A stretch of 64,000 bases of DNA from Nanobdellota archaeon (lineage in GTDB: Archaea; Nanobdellota; Nanobdellia; PEZQ01): NCBI GenBank assembly GCA_018220985.1, contig JAAOXS010000021.1, positions 24,274 through 88,273 of the forward strand, given 5' to 3'. The notes below the pieces were generated by a model, which had not been told where the DNA came from, made no database searches, and saw nothing but the letters and a program-made list of their open reading frames with translations. Of this stretch, positions 30,197 through 39,892 are shown in pieces. How positions within the stretch are numbered: the first letter of the stretch is position 1; every line of letters begins with the position of its first letter. Position numbers and translations under genes: made by a program.

Positions 30197-30780
30197 TTAC
30201 GCTTTAAAACCTCCTTAAGCACAGCATAACGATCACCAACGCCCTCCGTAATCAAACCCTTATAATCATGACTCTTAGTATGCCCAAGATAAGACATTGC
30301 CTCCCACTCACTAATATCTAATAATTCAGCAACCCTGCCCATACTAACACCATGCTCGTAAATCTTCCACGCTTTAGCAACTCGCGCTTTTTCCAAAACG
30401 TACTGCAAATGCTCTGAAAACTCTTTATCAGCAACACTGATTAATCGAGTTAATTTTTTTAATGAATTAGAAACGTTTCCAACCTCACGTTTTTTAAGCG
30501 CGTTACGAGCTGTAACCAACTGCTTAGTCACGTCACGCCAGAAAGAACGCCAATAATTCCTATTCTTCCGCTCGTACTTTGATTTCTCAAAAAGTTTTGA
30601 TAACGCGTAAACAATAATGCTTGTTTGCACTGAATGCCTGTCCTGAAAAATACTCGCGTTATGAATGATGTGATCACTCCATTCTTTAATGTGCTTTGAA
30701 TCATTATTTTTCAAACCAATTAACACGTTATTGACTACGTCAAGAATATCACCAAAAATGGCATCACTTCTCTCACTCAT
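30193..30780 (-). CDS. Hypothetical protein with a C-terminal UPF0175-like HTH
   Basis: IYEHGVSMGRVAELLDISEWE motif. ATGA-coupled to the PIN gene. Confidence 0.7.
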   Translation of the reverse strand: MSERSDAIFGDILDVVNNVLIGLKNNDSKHIKEWSDHIIHNASIFQDRHSVQTSIIVYALSKLFEKSKYERKNRNYWRSFWRDVTKQLVTARNALKKREVGNVSNSLKKLTRLISVADKEFSEHLQYVLEKARVAKAWKIYEHGVSMGRVAELLDISEWEAMSYLGHTKSHDYKGLITEGVGDRYAVLKEVLKRK

Positions 30781-30867
30781 TAATACAAAAATAATACTTA
30801 CTAATTAATTATAATTGCGGTCGAAAGACAACAACCATTATTAAACATAAATGATTACACAAACCAA

Positions 30868-32742
30868 ATGAAATTTTTTCCCTACGCGCAAGTGCGAAAA
30901 CACCAAGACGCGTTTATTAAAGACGTGAACGAAACACTTGAGAAAAAAAAGATTTTACTTGCAAACGCGCCAACAGGAATTGGGAAAACAGCAGCAGTGC
31001 TAAGCCCTGCAATTGAATACGCAATAAAACATGACAAAACAATTTTCTTTCTAACACCAAGACACACGCAACATAAAGTAGTAATAGAAACGCTAAGACT
31101 AATACATGAAAAAGGAATTAATTTTTCTGCAATAGACATAATAGGAAAAAAATGGATGTGCGCAATACCGGGTTCAACTAATTTGAACTCAACAGACTTC
31201 TCACAACTATGCAAACAACTAAGAGAAAATAATGCTTGCAAATACTACGAAGCATCAAAAAAGAATAAAAATGTTTTAACAGAAATATTACACGTAGAGG
31301 AAGCAGTAGAGCAACTAACAGAACAAGGACTCTGCCCGTATTATACAACAATTGCTTTTGCGAAAAAAGCAAAAGTGATTATCGGCGATTACTATCACGT
31401 GTTCAGTGAAAACACGCGGAAAGCACTTTTCAAACACACAGAAAAAGAACTGAAAGATGCAATACTCATAATTGATGAAGCGCATAACCTGCCTGGAAGA
31501 ATACGAGAACTGCTAAGCGCCCGAACAAGCAATCTATCATTATCACTCGCGTTCAGAGAAGCGCAAAAATACAACAAACAAACAGCAGATACAATACAAC
31601 AAATCGGAAACGCGCTGAAAAACAAAGGGGATACAATGCATGGGGAAGAAGGATTAATACACCGCGAATGGTTCTTACAAGAACTTGAAGAATCATTAAC
31701 AACCACTATTGAAAACTTTTTAATAACACTTGAAAAAATAGCTGAAAAAACAAGAGAAAACAAGAAAAACAGTTATTGTGGAGCACTAGCCGACTTCATA
31801 GAAAACTGGATGACACAACACGAAGAATACGTAAGATTCATACGCAGAGAGAGCTTCAAAGGAAAAGAATACTACTCACTGAACAATAATTGTTTATCAC
31901 CTGCAATAATAACTTCAAACGTGCTAAAAAGCAGTCACTCAACAATACTGATGAGCGGAACACTACAACCACTTGAAATGTACGCGGACTTGTTAGGCAC
32001 GCCAAACGCAATCCTAAAAAAATATGAATCACCGTTTCCTAAAAAAAACAGGACAATACTTATAGTACCTGAAACAACAACAAAATACTCAAAACGCTCT
32101 GAGAACGAATACAAAAACATAGCTGAAAAATGCGTGAAAATAATAAACTCGCAAAAAGTGAACACTGCAATATTCTTTCCATCATACGCTCTGAAAAACG
32201 ATATATACCAATACATACGAGACACGTCAGAAAAAACAATATTCATTGAAAGACAGAACATGACAAAACAAGAAAAAACAGAAATGATAGAAAAATTCAA
32301 AAAATACTCACAAAATGGGGGAGCAACGCTTTTAGGAGTCATATCCGGAAACTTCGCAGAAGGAATAGACTATCCTGGGGAATTCTTACAAATGATAATA
32401 GTCGTTGGAATACCACTTGCAAAACCGAACTTGAACACGCGCGCAATAATACAATACTACCAAAACAGTTTTGGAAAAGGATGGGAATATGGGTACACTT
32501 ACCCTGCAATCACGAAAGTACTGCAAGCAAGCGGAAGAGCGATAAGAAGTGAGAATGATAAAGGGGCAATAATACTATTAGACGAAAGATACATACACGA
32601 AAATTACTTACCATCACTACCTGAAGATGTGGAAATCACCACGAAACCCGTAGAAAAAATAAACAAATTTTTTAACAAAAACATTATAGAAAACAACTAT
32701 GAAAATATCAACAAAAATTTTGAAACTAAAAAAATCGAATAA
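30868..32742 (+). CDS. xpd: XPD/Rad3/DinG family Fe-S DNA helicase
   Basis: APTGIGKT, four Fe-S Cys (WMC, QLC, NAC, LCPYY), DEAH, SGT, EGID and QASGRAIR motifs. Confidence 0.93.
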   Translation: MKFFPYAQVRKHQDAFIKDVNETLEKKKILLANAPTGIGKTAAVLSPAIEYAIKHDKTIFFLTPRHTQHKVVIETLRLIHEKGINFSAIDIIGKKWMCAIPGSTNLNSTDFSQLCKQLRENNACKYYEASKKNKNVLTEILHVEEAVEQLTEQGLCPYYTTIAFAKKAKVIIGDYYHVFSENTRKALFKHTEKELKDAILIIDEAHNLPGRIRELLSARTSNLSLSLAFREAQKYNKQTADTIQQIGNALKNKGDTMHGEEGLIHREWFLQELEESLTTTIENFLITLEKIAEKTRENKKNSYCGALADFIENWMTQHEEYVRFIRRESFKGKEYYSLNNNCLSPAIITSNVLKSSHSTILMSGTLQPLEMYADLLGTPNAILKKYESPFPKKNRTILIVPETTTKYSKRSENEYKNIAEKCVKIINSQKVNTAIFFPSYALKNDIYQYIRDTSEKTIFIERQNMTKQEKTEMIEKFKKYSQNGGATLLGVISGNFAEGIDYPGEFLQMIIVVGIPLAKPNLNTRAIIQYYQNSFGKGWEYGYTYPAITKVLQASGRAIRSENDKGAIILLDERYIHENYLPSLPEDVEITTKPVEKINKFFNKNIIENNYENINKNFETKKIE

Positions 32743-33541
32743 ACAAATTAAACAACTAACATTCACTACTCCTAAAAAATCAACAGTTTCAAAACACTCC
32801 AACCTAACAACGTGTTTGAAAAAAATAAACGGACTGAACAATGTTAAAGGTAAAGTATTAATTAAAGTAAACCTGAACTCTGATGACAAATACCCTGGAA
32901 CAAGCAATCCGAAAACTTTAAGCGAACTAATAAAATTGTTGCAAAAGAAAACTAAAAAAATATTTGTAGGAGACCGCTCAAGCATTTTTTGGGAAGGAAC
33001 ACGCGAAAACGCTGAAAAAGTAGGAATAACGCAAGCAACAGAAAAAGCAGGAGCGGAAATGGTATACTTTGAAAATCATCCTTGGATAAAAACGCGTGAC
33101 TTCTGGATAACAGAAAAAATACTTGACTACGACCACGTAATAAACTTGGCAGTTCTAAAAACGCACAGAATAGCGGGGATAACATTATCCTTGAAAAACA
33201 TGATGGGCATCACGCATCCCAGAACTAGATTATTCATGCACGCTCATAACTTGAACAAGAAAATAGCAAGAATAAACACTCTAATAAATCCAACAATAAA
33301 CATAATAGACGGCACGAAATGCTTTATAGACGGCGGACCTGACACAGGTGTGCTGAAACAAGGAAAAATAATTCTCGCATCAAAAGATAGAATAGCCCTT
33401 GATGTTATAAGCTTTAAAGAATTACAACAACTCGGTTCAAAAAGTTTAGCTAGAAAAAATCCTTGGAAACACCCTCAAATCAAGGAAGCAGTAAAACTAA
33501 AACTCGGCGTTAACTCTGATAAAAAAATAATCATAAAATGA
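32699..33541 (+). CDS. DUF362 domain protein
   Basis: KVLIKVNL, LKTH..AGITLSLKNMMG and IIDG..GGP motifs. Confidence 0.85.
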   Translation: MKISTKILKLKKSNKQIKQLTFTTPKKSTVSKHSNLTTCLKKINGLNNVKGKVLIKVNLNSDDKYPGTSNPKTLSELIKLLQKKTKKIFVGDRSSIFWEGTRENAEKVGITQATEKAGAEMVYFENHPWIKTRDFWITEKILDYDHVINLAVLKTHRIAGITLSLKNMMGITHPRTRLFMHAHNLNKKIARINTLINPTINIIDGTKCFIDGGPDTGVLKQGKIILASKDRIALDVISFKELQQLGSKSLARKNPWKHPQIKEAVKLKLGVNSDKKIIIK

Positions 33542-33555
33542 AAAAAATAGGAAAA

Positions 33556-33627
33556 AGCTTCGAGAGGGAGTCGAACCCCCGACCTACAGCTTACAAGGCT
33601 GTTGCTCTACCACTGAGCTACCGAAGC
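33556..33627 (-). tRNA. tRNA-Thr(TGT)
   Basis: GCTTCGG acceptor stem, TAGCTCAGTGGTAGAGC D-arm, ACAGC-CTTGTAA-GCTGT anticodon arm and GGTTCGACTC T-arm. CCA is not encoded. Confidence 0.97.
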
Positions 33628-33710
33628 AACTGAAAAAAAACAAGCCACTGCCTTTTAAAAACTTTATCTGTTCAACAAACTTAAAATATTCAAAAAAATA
33701 TAATAAAACT

Positions 33711-34133
33711 ATGTCAAACAGTACTGTAACAGAAATTAAAGAACTACTAAAAATACCTGACGAAAAAAAAATTGAATACAAAGAATATGGAGGATTCTGG
33801 AGAAGAGCATTAGCAACAATAATTGATGCAATCATAATATCATTTGCAGTAACAATACCTTACGGATGGGTAGTATCATTAGCGTACTATCCACTACTAA
33901 TTGCTTTCTACGGACAAACAATAGGAAAAAAATTGTTAGGACTAATGGTCGTGAACAAAGATGGCAAATCTCCAATCGGAATATTTGATGCAATAGTAAG
34001 AGAATGGCTTGGCAAATTCGTACTATTAATCATAAACCTTTTCTTCTTCATAGGATTCCTCTTAATCGGATTAGACTCTAAGAAAGAAGGAATACACGAC
34101 AAAATCGCTAAAACACGCGTGGTCAGGGTTTAA
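33711..34133 (+). CDS. RDD family membrane protein
   Basis: GFWRRALATIID, GQTIGK and IHDKIAKTRVV motifs. Confidence 0.92.
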   Translation: MSNSTVTEIKELLKIPDEKKIEYKEYGGFWRRALATIIDAIIISFAVTIPYGWVVSLAYYPLLIAFYGQTIGKKLLGLMVVNKDGKSPIGIFDAIVREWLGKFVLLIINLFFFIGFLLIGLDSKKEGIHDKIAKTRVVRV

Positions 34134-34159
34134 AAAAAAAAAAAAAATTTTTATTTTTT

Positions 34160-35122
34160 TTATTTTTTATTATAATTATTTATAATTCCATCTAATAATA
34201 ACTCACTTGCTTTATGAGAACTAATATTAGTAGTATCAATCTTCGTGTGATTCCAACCATTTTCTTTAACAGAATCTAAAAACACTGATATCTTACATTG
34301 AATCGCAGTAGCATACTCCGGATCATCTTCACCTGAATCTGACCTGTCTGGATCTGTTAACATCCTATTTTCCACACGTCGCATTATTTCATCTACGCTA
34401 GCAGTAATTCGAAAATAATGATCTGGCTTATGATCATCTAAAACTTTTGGAAGAAAATTAAAATACCTTTTAGAAATGAGATTTGTTAACCCATTATTCT
34501 TATTAAAAAATTCACTCATAGGACTATTAAAAAAATCATTAATAACAGCATACCGATTCATACCTTGTTTATGAGAAATATTAATATTAAGCACATTTTT
34601 TAAGTCAGCTACGTCTTTTTCAGTTACTTCACCTTCAAAAGCGCCAAGACTCTGAAAATAAGGAGTATAAGCTTTAACAGTATCCCAAAAACTAATATCA
34701 TTAACTTGAATAATATCTTTTTTCAAAGAATTCGCAAGCAACCTTACAAGAAAAAATTGTAAATTTGGCTGAATAGCAAAAGCTGACTGCCCAACTATTG
34801 GATTATACTTATTCTTAGAACCTATAAGCTTTGAATGATCAATAAAACCAGTATAATCTGAAACCCACTCCTTAAAAATCAAAAAATAAACATTCTCAAA
34901 CTCAAAAATTTTTCCACCAGACTTACCACCATTAGTTATTGGAAAACTTATAGCATTCTCACCAACAATATTATTAATCAATTCTGTTGTCAAAACTTTT
35001 TTTCCAAGAAATTTTCCTAAAACAGGATTACACTCGATTTCTAATAATTTTTCAAGAGATTTTAGGGTTTCTGTTTTACCACTACAATACTCTCCACCAC
35101 AATGAACAACAAAAAGACCCAT
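34160..35122 (-). CDS. P-loop kinase, deoxynucleoside/thymidylate kinase-like
   Basis: GEYCSGKT Walker A, PDHYFRITASVDEIMRRV..R lid region and IDTT. Confidence 0.55.
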   Translation of the reverse strand: MGLFVVHCGGEYCSGKTETLKSLEKLLEIECNPVLGKFLGKKVLTTELINNIVGENAISFPITNGGKSGGKIFEFENVYFLIFKEWVSDYTGFIDHSKLIGSKNKYNPIVGQSAFAIQPNLQFFLVRLLANSLKKDIIQVNDISFWDTVKAYTPYFQSLGAFEGEVTEKDVADLKNVLNINISHKQGMNRYAVINDFFNSPMSEFFNKNNGLTNLISKRYFNFLPKVLDDHKPDHYFRITASVDEIMRRVENRMLTDPDRSDSGEDDPEYATAIQCKISVFLDSVKENGWNHTKIDTTNISSHKASELLLDGIINNYNKK

Positions 35123-35194
35123 TACAAATTTAATAAAATATTTTAAACAAATAAAAAGAAATTCTTAACACCAATATAATAATAGTTAATGAAA

Positions 35195-35701
35195 TTACTT
35201 ACTAATATTCTTCCTTAACAAATCCAAAATATTACTCGACTTATCTTGAGGTAAACCTTCAATAGTGATTTCGGGAACAGGCATGCCACGAGACCCGCTT
35301 AACTGACCGGCAGTATGAATATTCACATGACTAATCTTCACCAATTGCTCAACAACGCCCTGCTCAGAACTAATATTCGTAATCTTATTAAAACTTACAA
35401 ACTTATCAAACTTCCAAAAAATACCACCCTTAAAATGAACACCCTTACTCGTAATCACGTAAGCATAAGTTTTACGCAAAAAATCATAATAAACCATTAA
35501 AACAATAGCGCCAACAAACAAAACAATCAAAAACAAATTAAACAAACCTCCAATCAAACCAGATAAACTAATCAAACTCGTAAAAATAATGACAACAAAA
35601 ACTAAACCACCAACAAGAATAGCGCCACCCTTACCAATAAGCCAAGGATAAACTACCTTATCATCAGGCGAATGCTTAAACAAAACCTTATCAACAACCA
35701 T
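35195..35701 (-). CDS. Membrane protein with a bacterial-type PH (bPH_2) domain
   Basis: Two TM helices, then YVIT..GV, KITNIS.EQG and HTAG. Confidence 0.85.
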   Translation of the reverse strand: MVVDKVLFKHSPDDKVVYPWLIGKGGAILVGGLVFVVIIFTSLISLSGLIGGLFNLFLIVLFVGAIVLMVYYDFLRKTYAYVITSKGVHFKGGIFWKFDKFVSFNKITNISSEQGVVEQLVKISHVNIHTAGQLSGSRGMPVPEITIEGLPQDKSSNILDLLRKNISK

Positions 35702-35791
35702 TATACCAAACTAAAAACAGAAATAACATAAAATACTTTTCTATCCCACTCCAAAAAATTTATTAAATAACTATTGTTAATGTGAGTAATC

Positions 35792-36529
35792 ATGTTTGAA
35801 GCAGTTTTGTTAAGCTTAATTGCGGGACTAGCAACAGGCCTTGGCGGACTAATTGGCATACTAATAAAACCCGGAAACAAAACCACTGGCGCAATACTAG
35901 GATTCGCATCAGGAGTTATGATAACACTCGCATTTTTAGACTTAGTAATGCCCGCACTTGCAACAGCAGGATATTTCATAGTCATAATCGGATTCGGCCT
36001 TGGCGCATTCTTAATGTTTGGAGTTGATAACTTCATACCCCACATGTACAGACATGAAAAAGAAAAAGGCATGTTAAAATCAAGAAATTTGAAAACGGGA
36101 ATGCTCGTAGCAATAGGAATTGCAATTCACAATTTTCCAGAAGGAATAGCTGTTGGAGCAGGATACGCGCACGCACCTCAATTCGGGATAATAATTGCAA
36201 TAGCCATTGCATTACACAACATTCCCGAAGGAATTGTAACAGTTATACCATTAATCTCAGCTGGCGTTAAAAAAAAGAAAGCGCTGGCAATATCATTATT
36301 CTCAGGAATTGTCGAACCATTAGGCGCAATAATCGCGCTAACATTTTTAAACAATATAACAGGATTCGTACCTTTTGGCCTAGCCTTTGCAGGAGGCGTA
36401 ATGGCATTCCTAACCCTTGACGAACTAATACCCATGTGCAAAATAAAATCGAACAAAAACTTAACATCAATTGGAATCATTATCGGATGCTTAAGCGTAA
36501 TGACGCTATCAGCAATATTCGGAATATAA
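35792..36529 (+). CDS. ZIP family metal transporter (ZupT/GufA-like)
   Basis: HNFPEG and HNIPEG motifs. Confidence 0.95.
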   Translation: MFEAVLLSLIAGLATGLGGLIGILIKPGNKTTGAILGFASGVMITLAFLDLVMPALATAGYFIVIIGFGLGAFLMFGVDNFIPHMYRHEKEKGMLKSRNLKTGMLVAIGIAIHNFPEGIAVGAGYAHAPQFGIIIAIAIALHNIPEGIVTVIPLISAGVKKKKALAISLFSGIVEPLGAIIALTFLNNITGFVPFGLAFAGGVMAFLTLDELIPMCKIKSNKNLTSIGIIIGCLSVMTLSAIFGI

Positions 36530-36587
36530 ACAAAAAAGGGTTTATGAGTTAAACTTTTAAACAGTTAAAAATTATTATTACACCTAC

Positions 36588-36659
36588 GCATTGGTAGTCT
36601 AGTGGTTAGGATCTTGGCCTTCCAAGCCGAGGACCCGGGTTCAAATCCCGGCCGATGCA
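36588..36659 (+). tRNA. tRNA-Gly(TCC)
   Basis: GCATTGG/CCGATGC acceptor stem, TTGGC-CTTCCAA-GCCGA anticodon arm and GGTTCAAATCC T-arm. Confidence 0.97.
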
Positions 36660-36664
36660 CTACA

Positions 36665-36726
36665 ACCTTTTTTCTTGTAAGAAAAAAGCTTGGGTAAAAA
36701 AGAACCTTAAAATCAATAATTTTTCT
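36665..36726. repeat. Palindromic intergenic element, copy 2
   Basis: ACCTTTTTTCTTGTAAGAAAAAAGCTTGGGTAAAAAAGAACC...AAAATCAATAATTTTTCT, similar to 12007-12123. Confidence 0.6.
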
Positions 36727-36734
36727 GAAAAAAA

Positions 36735-37808
36735 TTAATTTAACTTAGTGTACTTCAACTTACCACCCAAAAAAATTTTACGCGTTTGACCGCGAACACC
36801 TTTACCTGTGAACTCAGTTCTTAACAAACCTAACCTTTCAAGTTTCTCTAAAGAACGGCGAAAACTCCTTTTAGTTAATTTACCGCCTTCTTTAACGTAT
36901 TCTTCAAAAACCATGCCTGAAACCAAACCCTGCGACGCACTAACTAAACCAATAATTATTTGCTCAGATTCACTTAATTTACTAAGCGATGTTTTAATAC
37001 GAAACTCTGATAATTTCTTCAAAGCAACATCAACATCTCCTTGCTCAACTTTAGAACGCTCATTGCTTTCAGCAATGCGAACAGACCTTAACAACAAAAA
37101 CAAGCCCACACGAATATCACAAGCATTATACGTTTCACGAACAACTCTGTTCAACAATAAGTCAGAAAACGCGCCCGGACGAAACGCTTGAGAGCAACGA
37201 GCCTTCAAAATTTCTTTAACTTCCTGAAGAGAATAAGCCTTAAAATGCAAATCATCCACGCTCAAACGTGAAACAATACGAGGCTCAAGACTTAACAAAA
37301 AATCCTTATCATTCGCGATAAGAATCAAAGAAACTTTACCTTCCAAAGCATCAGCGAACCTGTAAATAAAACTTGTATCACGCAACTTATCAACTTCATC
37401 TAAAACAAGAACTAAACCCTTAATTCTTTCAACACGCTTAACGATCTCACGAAAAACGTCATCAGAACTTTTACCCTGATAAAAAAAATAGCCTAAAGCC
37501 TTACCAACATCCACTAAAGCTTGATACTCCCTACTAGAATCCCAACAATTAATGTAAACACACTTAACATCACCACTGTAATCCTCCAACTTTCGAATAA
37601 TATCCAAAGAACATAAAGTTTTACCAAGACCAGGGTCACCGTGAATAAATAAGTTATACGCTTTCTGACCGCGTAACAAAGGCTTAACGCATTCAGCAAT
37701 AACACTTCTTTCATCGTCCCTGAACAAAACGTTCTCAGGGACATGCGAGTAATTCAAAACACCACTCTTAAGAAAAATACTTTCAGACTCCCCACCAAAA
37801 AAACGCAT
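36735..37808 (-). CDS. cdc6: Cdc6/Orc1 family AAA+ ATPase
   Basis: GDPGLGKT, YINCW, LDEVD and RIVSRL motifs, with a C-terminal wHTH. Confidence 0.92.
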   Translation of the reverse strand: MRFFGGESESIFLKSGVLNYSHVPENVLFRDDERSVIAECVKPLLRGQKAYNLFIHGDPGLGKTLCSLDIIRKLEDYSGDVKCVYINCWDSSREYQALVDVGKALGYFFYQGKSSDDVFREIVKRVERIKGLVLVLDEVDKLRDTSFIYRFADALEGKVSLILIANDKDFLLSLEPRIVSRLSVDDLHFKAYSLQEVKEILKARCSQAFRPGAFSDLLLNRVVRETYNACDIRVGLFLLLRSVRIAESNERSKVEQGDVDVALKKLSEFRIKTSLSKLSESEQIIIGLVSASQGLVSGMVFEEYVKEGGKLTKRSFRRSLEKLERLGLLRTEFTGKGVRGQTRKIFLGGKLKYTKLN

Positions 37809-37811
37809 GAT

Positions 37812-37820
37812 TACCGGACA
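37812..37820 (+). promoter_or_regulatory. TASYGGACA motif in the cdc6/small-ORF divergent region
   Basis: TACCGGACA lies 14 nt before TTTATTAAA. Confidence 0.55.
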
Positions 37821-37879
37821 TATGGTTGCACTTGTTTATTAAATAATTTTTGCTTCAAACAAACAGAGGTGATAATAAA

Positions 37880-38032
37880 ATGAACACAAAACTAACTGAA
37901 ATTCCAGTTGAGGGAATGTGCATGAAAGATACAGTTGAAATGCTCGGAAAATTATCAAACATTGGCTACGAAGCAAACATAAAATCCAAGCACGGTACCA
38001 TTGTAATACAACTCAACAAACAAAATGCATAA
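37880..38032 (+). CDS. Small hypothetical protein (50 aa)
   Basis: Strong SD (GAGGTGAT) before the ATG at 37880, an upstream TATA box and a downstream hairpin. Confidence 0.65.
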   Translation: MNTKLTEIPVEGMCMKDTVEMLGKLSNIGYEANIKSKHGTIVIQLNKQNA

Positions 38033-38055
38033 TCTAAAAATTCTTTTTCTCCGGC

Positions 38056-38084
38056 GGGAGTGGTTTTTTTTTAGAACCACTCCC
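38056..38084. terminator. GC-rich hairpin (terminator or processing site)
   Basis: Perfect 10-bp inverted repeat GGGAGTGGTT/AACCACTCCC after a pyrimidine tract. Confidence 0.55.
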
Positions 38085-38121
38085 TAAAATTATTTAACAA
38101 CAAAAAAACAAGTAAAACACT

Positions 38122-38421
38122 ATGGCAAAAATAACTTTCTCCAACTATGAACAATTAAAACCTGAAGAGCGAGAATACGCTCAAAAACAAATAAACTATT
38201 TCCTAGAAAAAAACAATCCCCTAATAAAAGAAGTTGACACACTGGACATTAGTCTCGCTGAAAAAAGAAGAAGACTCGGCAAATTCGGACTATCCGAAAT
38301 AAACCTTAAAATAGTATGCAGCTATGGCGTATTCCACTCAAACAGTTCAAACTGGAATAAAAAAAAAGCATTAAAAAAAGCACTGGACAAACTTGAAAAA
38401 CAAATAAGAAAAAAACGCTAA
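38122..38421 (+). CDS. HPF/RaiA-like (ribosome hibernation factor-like) protein
   Basis: 99 aa with a beta-alpha-beta-beta-beta-alpha pattern, ending ALKKALDKLEKQI. Confidence 0.55.
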   Translation: MAKITFSNYEQLKPEEREYAQKQINYFLEKNNPLIKEVDTLDISLAEKRRRLGKFGLSEINLKIVCSYGVFHSNSSNWNKKKALKKALDKLEKQIRKKR

Positions 38422-38738
38422 TTAAAAATCATTTGAACCCTAAGCATAAAATCATCCCTTTTAGCTTTAAACAATGATTTTCTGAACTCAGCGCAAACAC
38501 TATCATCACTAACATAAATGTGATTAAGACCATTATCAAGAACTTCCTTAATAATCGCTCTACTTAACAGTTTTTTATTAGAACACTTTGAATTCAAAAT
38601 AATTCTAATATCCTGCTCCAATTTCTTCCAATTACCAACTTTACCACCATAACGTTTCTCATAAGCTCTAACAACTAAACCAACATTTCTTGAAGAACTC
38701 CTAACACCCAACTCTTCCAACAAAACAGTTTTTAACAT
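38418..38738 (-). CDS. Hypothetical protein
   Basis: 106 aa with a GAGGTGG SD, a TATA box and a TASYGGACA motif upstream. Confidence 0.65.
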   Translation of the reverse strand: MLKTVLLEELGVRSSSRNVGLVVRAYEKRYGGKVGNWKKLEQDIRIILNSKCSNKKLLSRAIIKEVLDNGLNHIYVSDDSVCAEFRKSLFKAKRDDFMLRVQMIFN

Positions 38739-38798
38739 TTTAAAACCACCTCAAAAACATTACAAAAAATTGTTATTTAAAAAACAAATTAGACCAGT

Positions 38799-38807
38799 TG
38801 TCCAGTA
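38799..38807 (-). promoter_or_regulatory. TASYGGACA motif upstream of the 38418-38738 gene
   Basis: TACTGGACA on the minus strand, about 14 nt before TTTTTTAAATA. Confidence 0.55.
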
Positions 38808-38808
38808 A

Positions 38809-39291
38809 TCATCTCGCAACACAAAACTGGCTACCAACAACATTTCCAGGCAAACTAATCCTTAAAGTATATTCCTCTCCAAGAACAAGGTCAGTTGTAA
38901 CATTAAAATTAACACTTAAAAAAGTATCAACATTAAAATCACCACTCATAACATTCTTGTTCTCAACAAATTCTAAATCACTACCCTCAGAATCAACAAG
39001 AACTAAACTAACAGGACCATCATGAATATTTCCCTGACCTGTGTTTTCAATAATTAATTCAATCTCATTATGACCATAAACACCGCCAGTTTCTGTTGCA
39101 TTACACTTTTTATACTTGAAATCAAACATTAACTGAGTAGCACCCGTAACTCCACCCGCAGTGTCTTCAACTTGCCGTTGAATAGTTGCTTGAAGAGAAT
39201 TCATCCACATGTATGCTGCGCCAGCAGCGGCAACAGTCATCATTAATAATAACACAGTTGCAATTATTGGAGTAACACCCTTACAATTCAT
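38809..39291 (-). CDS. Archaeal type IV pilin/archaellin-like protein
   Basis: KG/VTPIIATVLLLMMTVAAAG class III signal peptide. Confidence 0.9.
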   Translation of the reverse strand: MNCKGVTPIIATVLLLMMTVAAAGAAYMWMNSLQATIQRQVEDTAGGVTGATQLMFDFKYKKCNATETGGVYGHNEIELIIENTGQGNIHDGPVSLVLVDSEGSDLEFVENKNVMSGDFNVDTFLSVNFNVTTDLVLGEEYTLRISLPGNVVGSQFCVAR

Positions 39292-39293
39292 TT

Positions 39294-39836
39294 TTAGTAA
39301 CCCGCTAAACCTGCGAAAAAGCTAATGACGCCAGATACAATTGTTGAAATAAAACTTCTAACTACTGCAGCAACACCCTTCTCTTTTTCAATAGTGAACT
39401 CTAACGGAGTGAACTTTTTTATAAGCGACACGCCTGTTTCAGCCTTAATTGACTTAGGAACTATTACAACACTCGCGTTATTGAAAAGACTAATCAACTC
39501 TTCCTGTTCAATATCATCTTTCATCACAGCATCATAAATTTTATTGAAATTAATTGAATCAATCTTAACCAACACATCCGAATTACGATTATCATTAACT
39601 CTAACAGAGAAATCCTGCATAATCGTAACTTGCACAGACGCATTATTATCAATAATTAATAACTCACCAGTAAAAGGCAGTAAAGGCTTAACCATGCCAT
39701 CAAACTCGGTTGTAATATTCAAAGTGTTAATTTTAACAGCAGCGGCATCAGCCGTTTCCAATAAAGTTTCACTAGTAATGGCGAGTGCGGGCATTAAAAC
39801 AATCAAAGCGCTTAATAATACAATTCCCCATTTCAT
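39294..39836 (-). CDS. Secreted or membrane-anchored hypothetical protein
   Basis: Signal peptide and a C-terminal amphipathic helix. Probably co-transcribed with the pilin (2-nt gap). Confidence 0.65.
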   Translation of the reverse strand: MKWGIVLLSALIVLMPALAITSETLLETADAAAVKINTLNITTEFDGMVKPLLPFTGELLIIDNNASVQVTIMQDFSVRVNDNRNSDVLVKIDSINFNKIYDAVMKDDIEQEELISLFNNASVVIVPKSIKAETGVSLIKKFTPLEFTIEKEKGVAAVVRSFISTIVSGVISFFAGLAGY

Positions 39837-39892
39837 AACAACTAATTAAACCTTATAACTTAAAAAACGTTGTCAAATTCTTTAAAAAAAAT

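Noticed and set aside
33584..33835. 83-aa minus-strand ORF
   Set aside because: It runs through tRNA-Thr and antisense to the RDD gene.
34131..34170. Long A-tract/T-tract inverted repeat
   Set aside because: It is a low-complexity bidirectional terminator-like tract between convergent genes, similar to those at 47600 and 51970, and is not distinctive.
36660..37880. Replication origin next to cdc6
   Set aside because: The flanking intergenic regions are short, show no repeated ORB-like boxes, and the strand bias does not visibly change.
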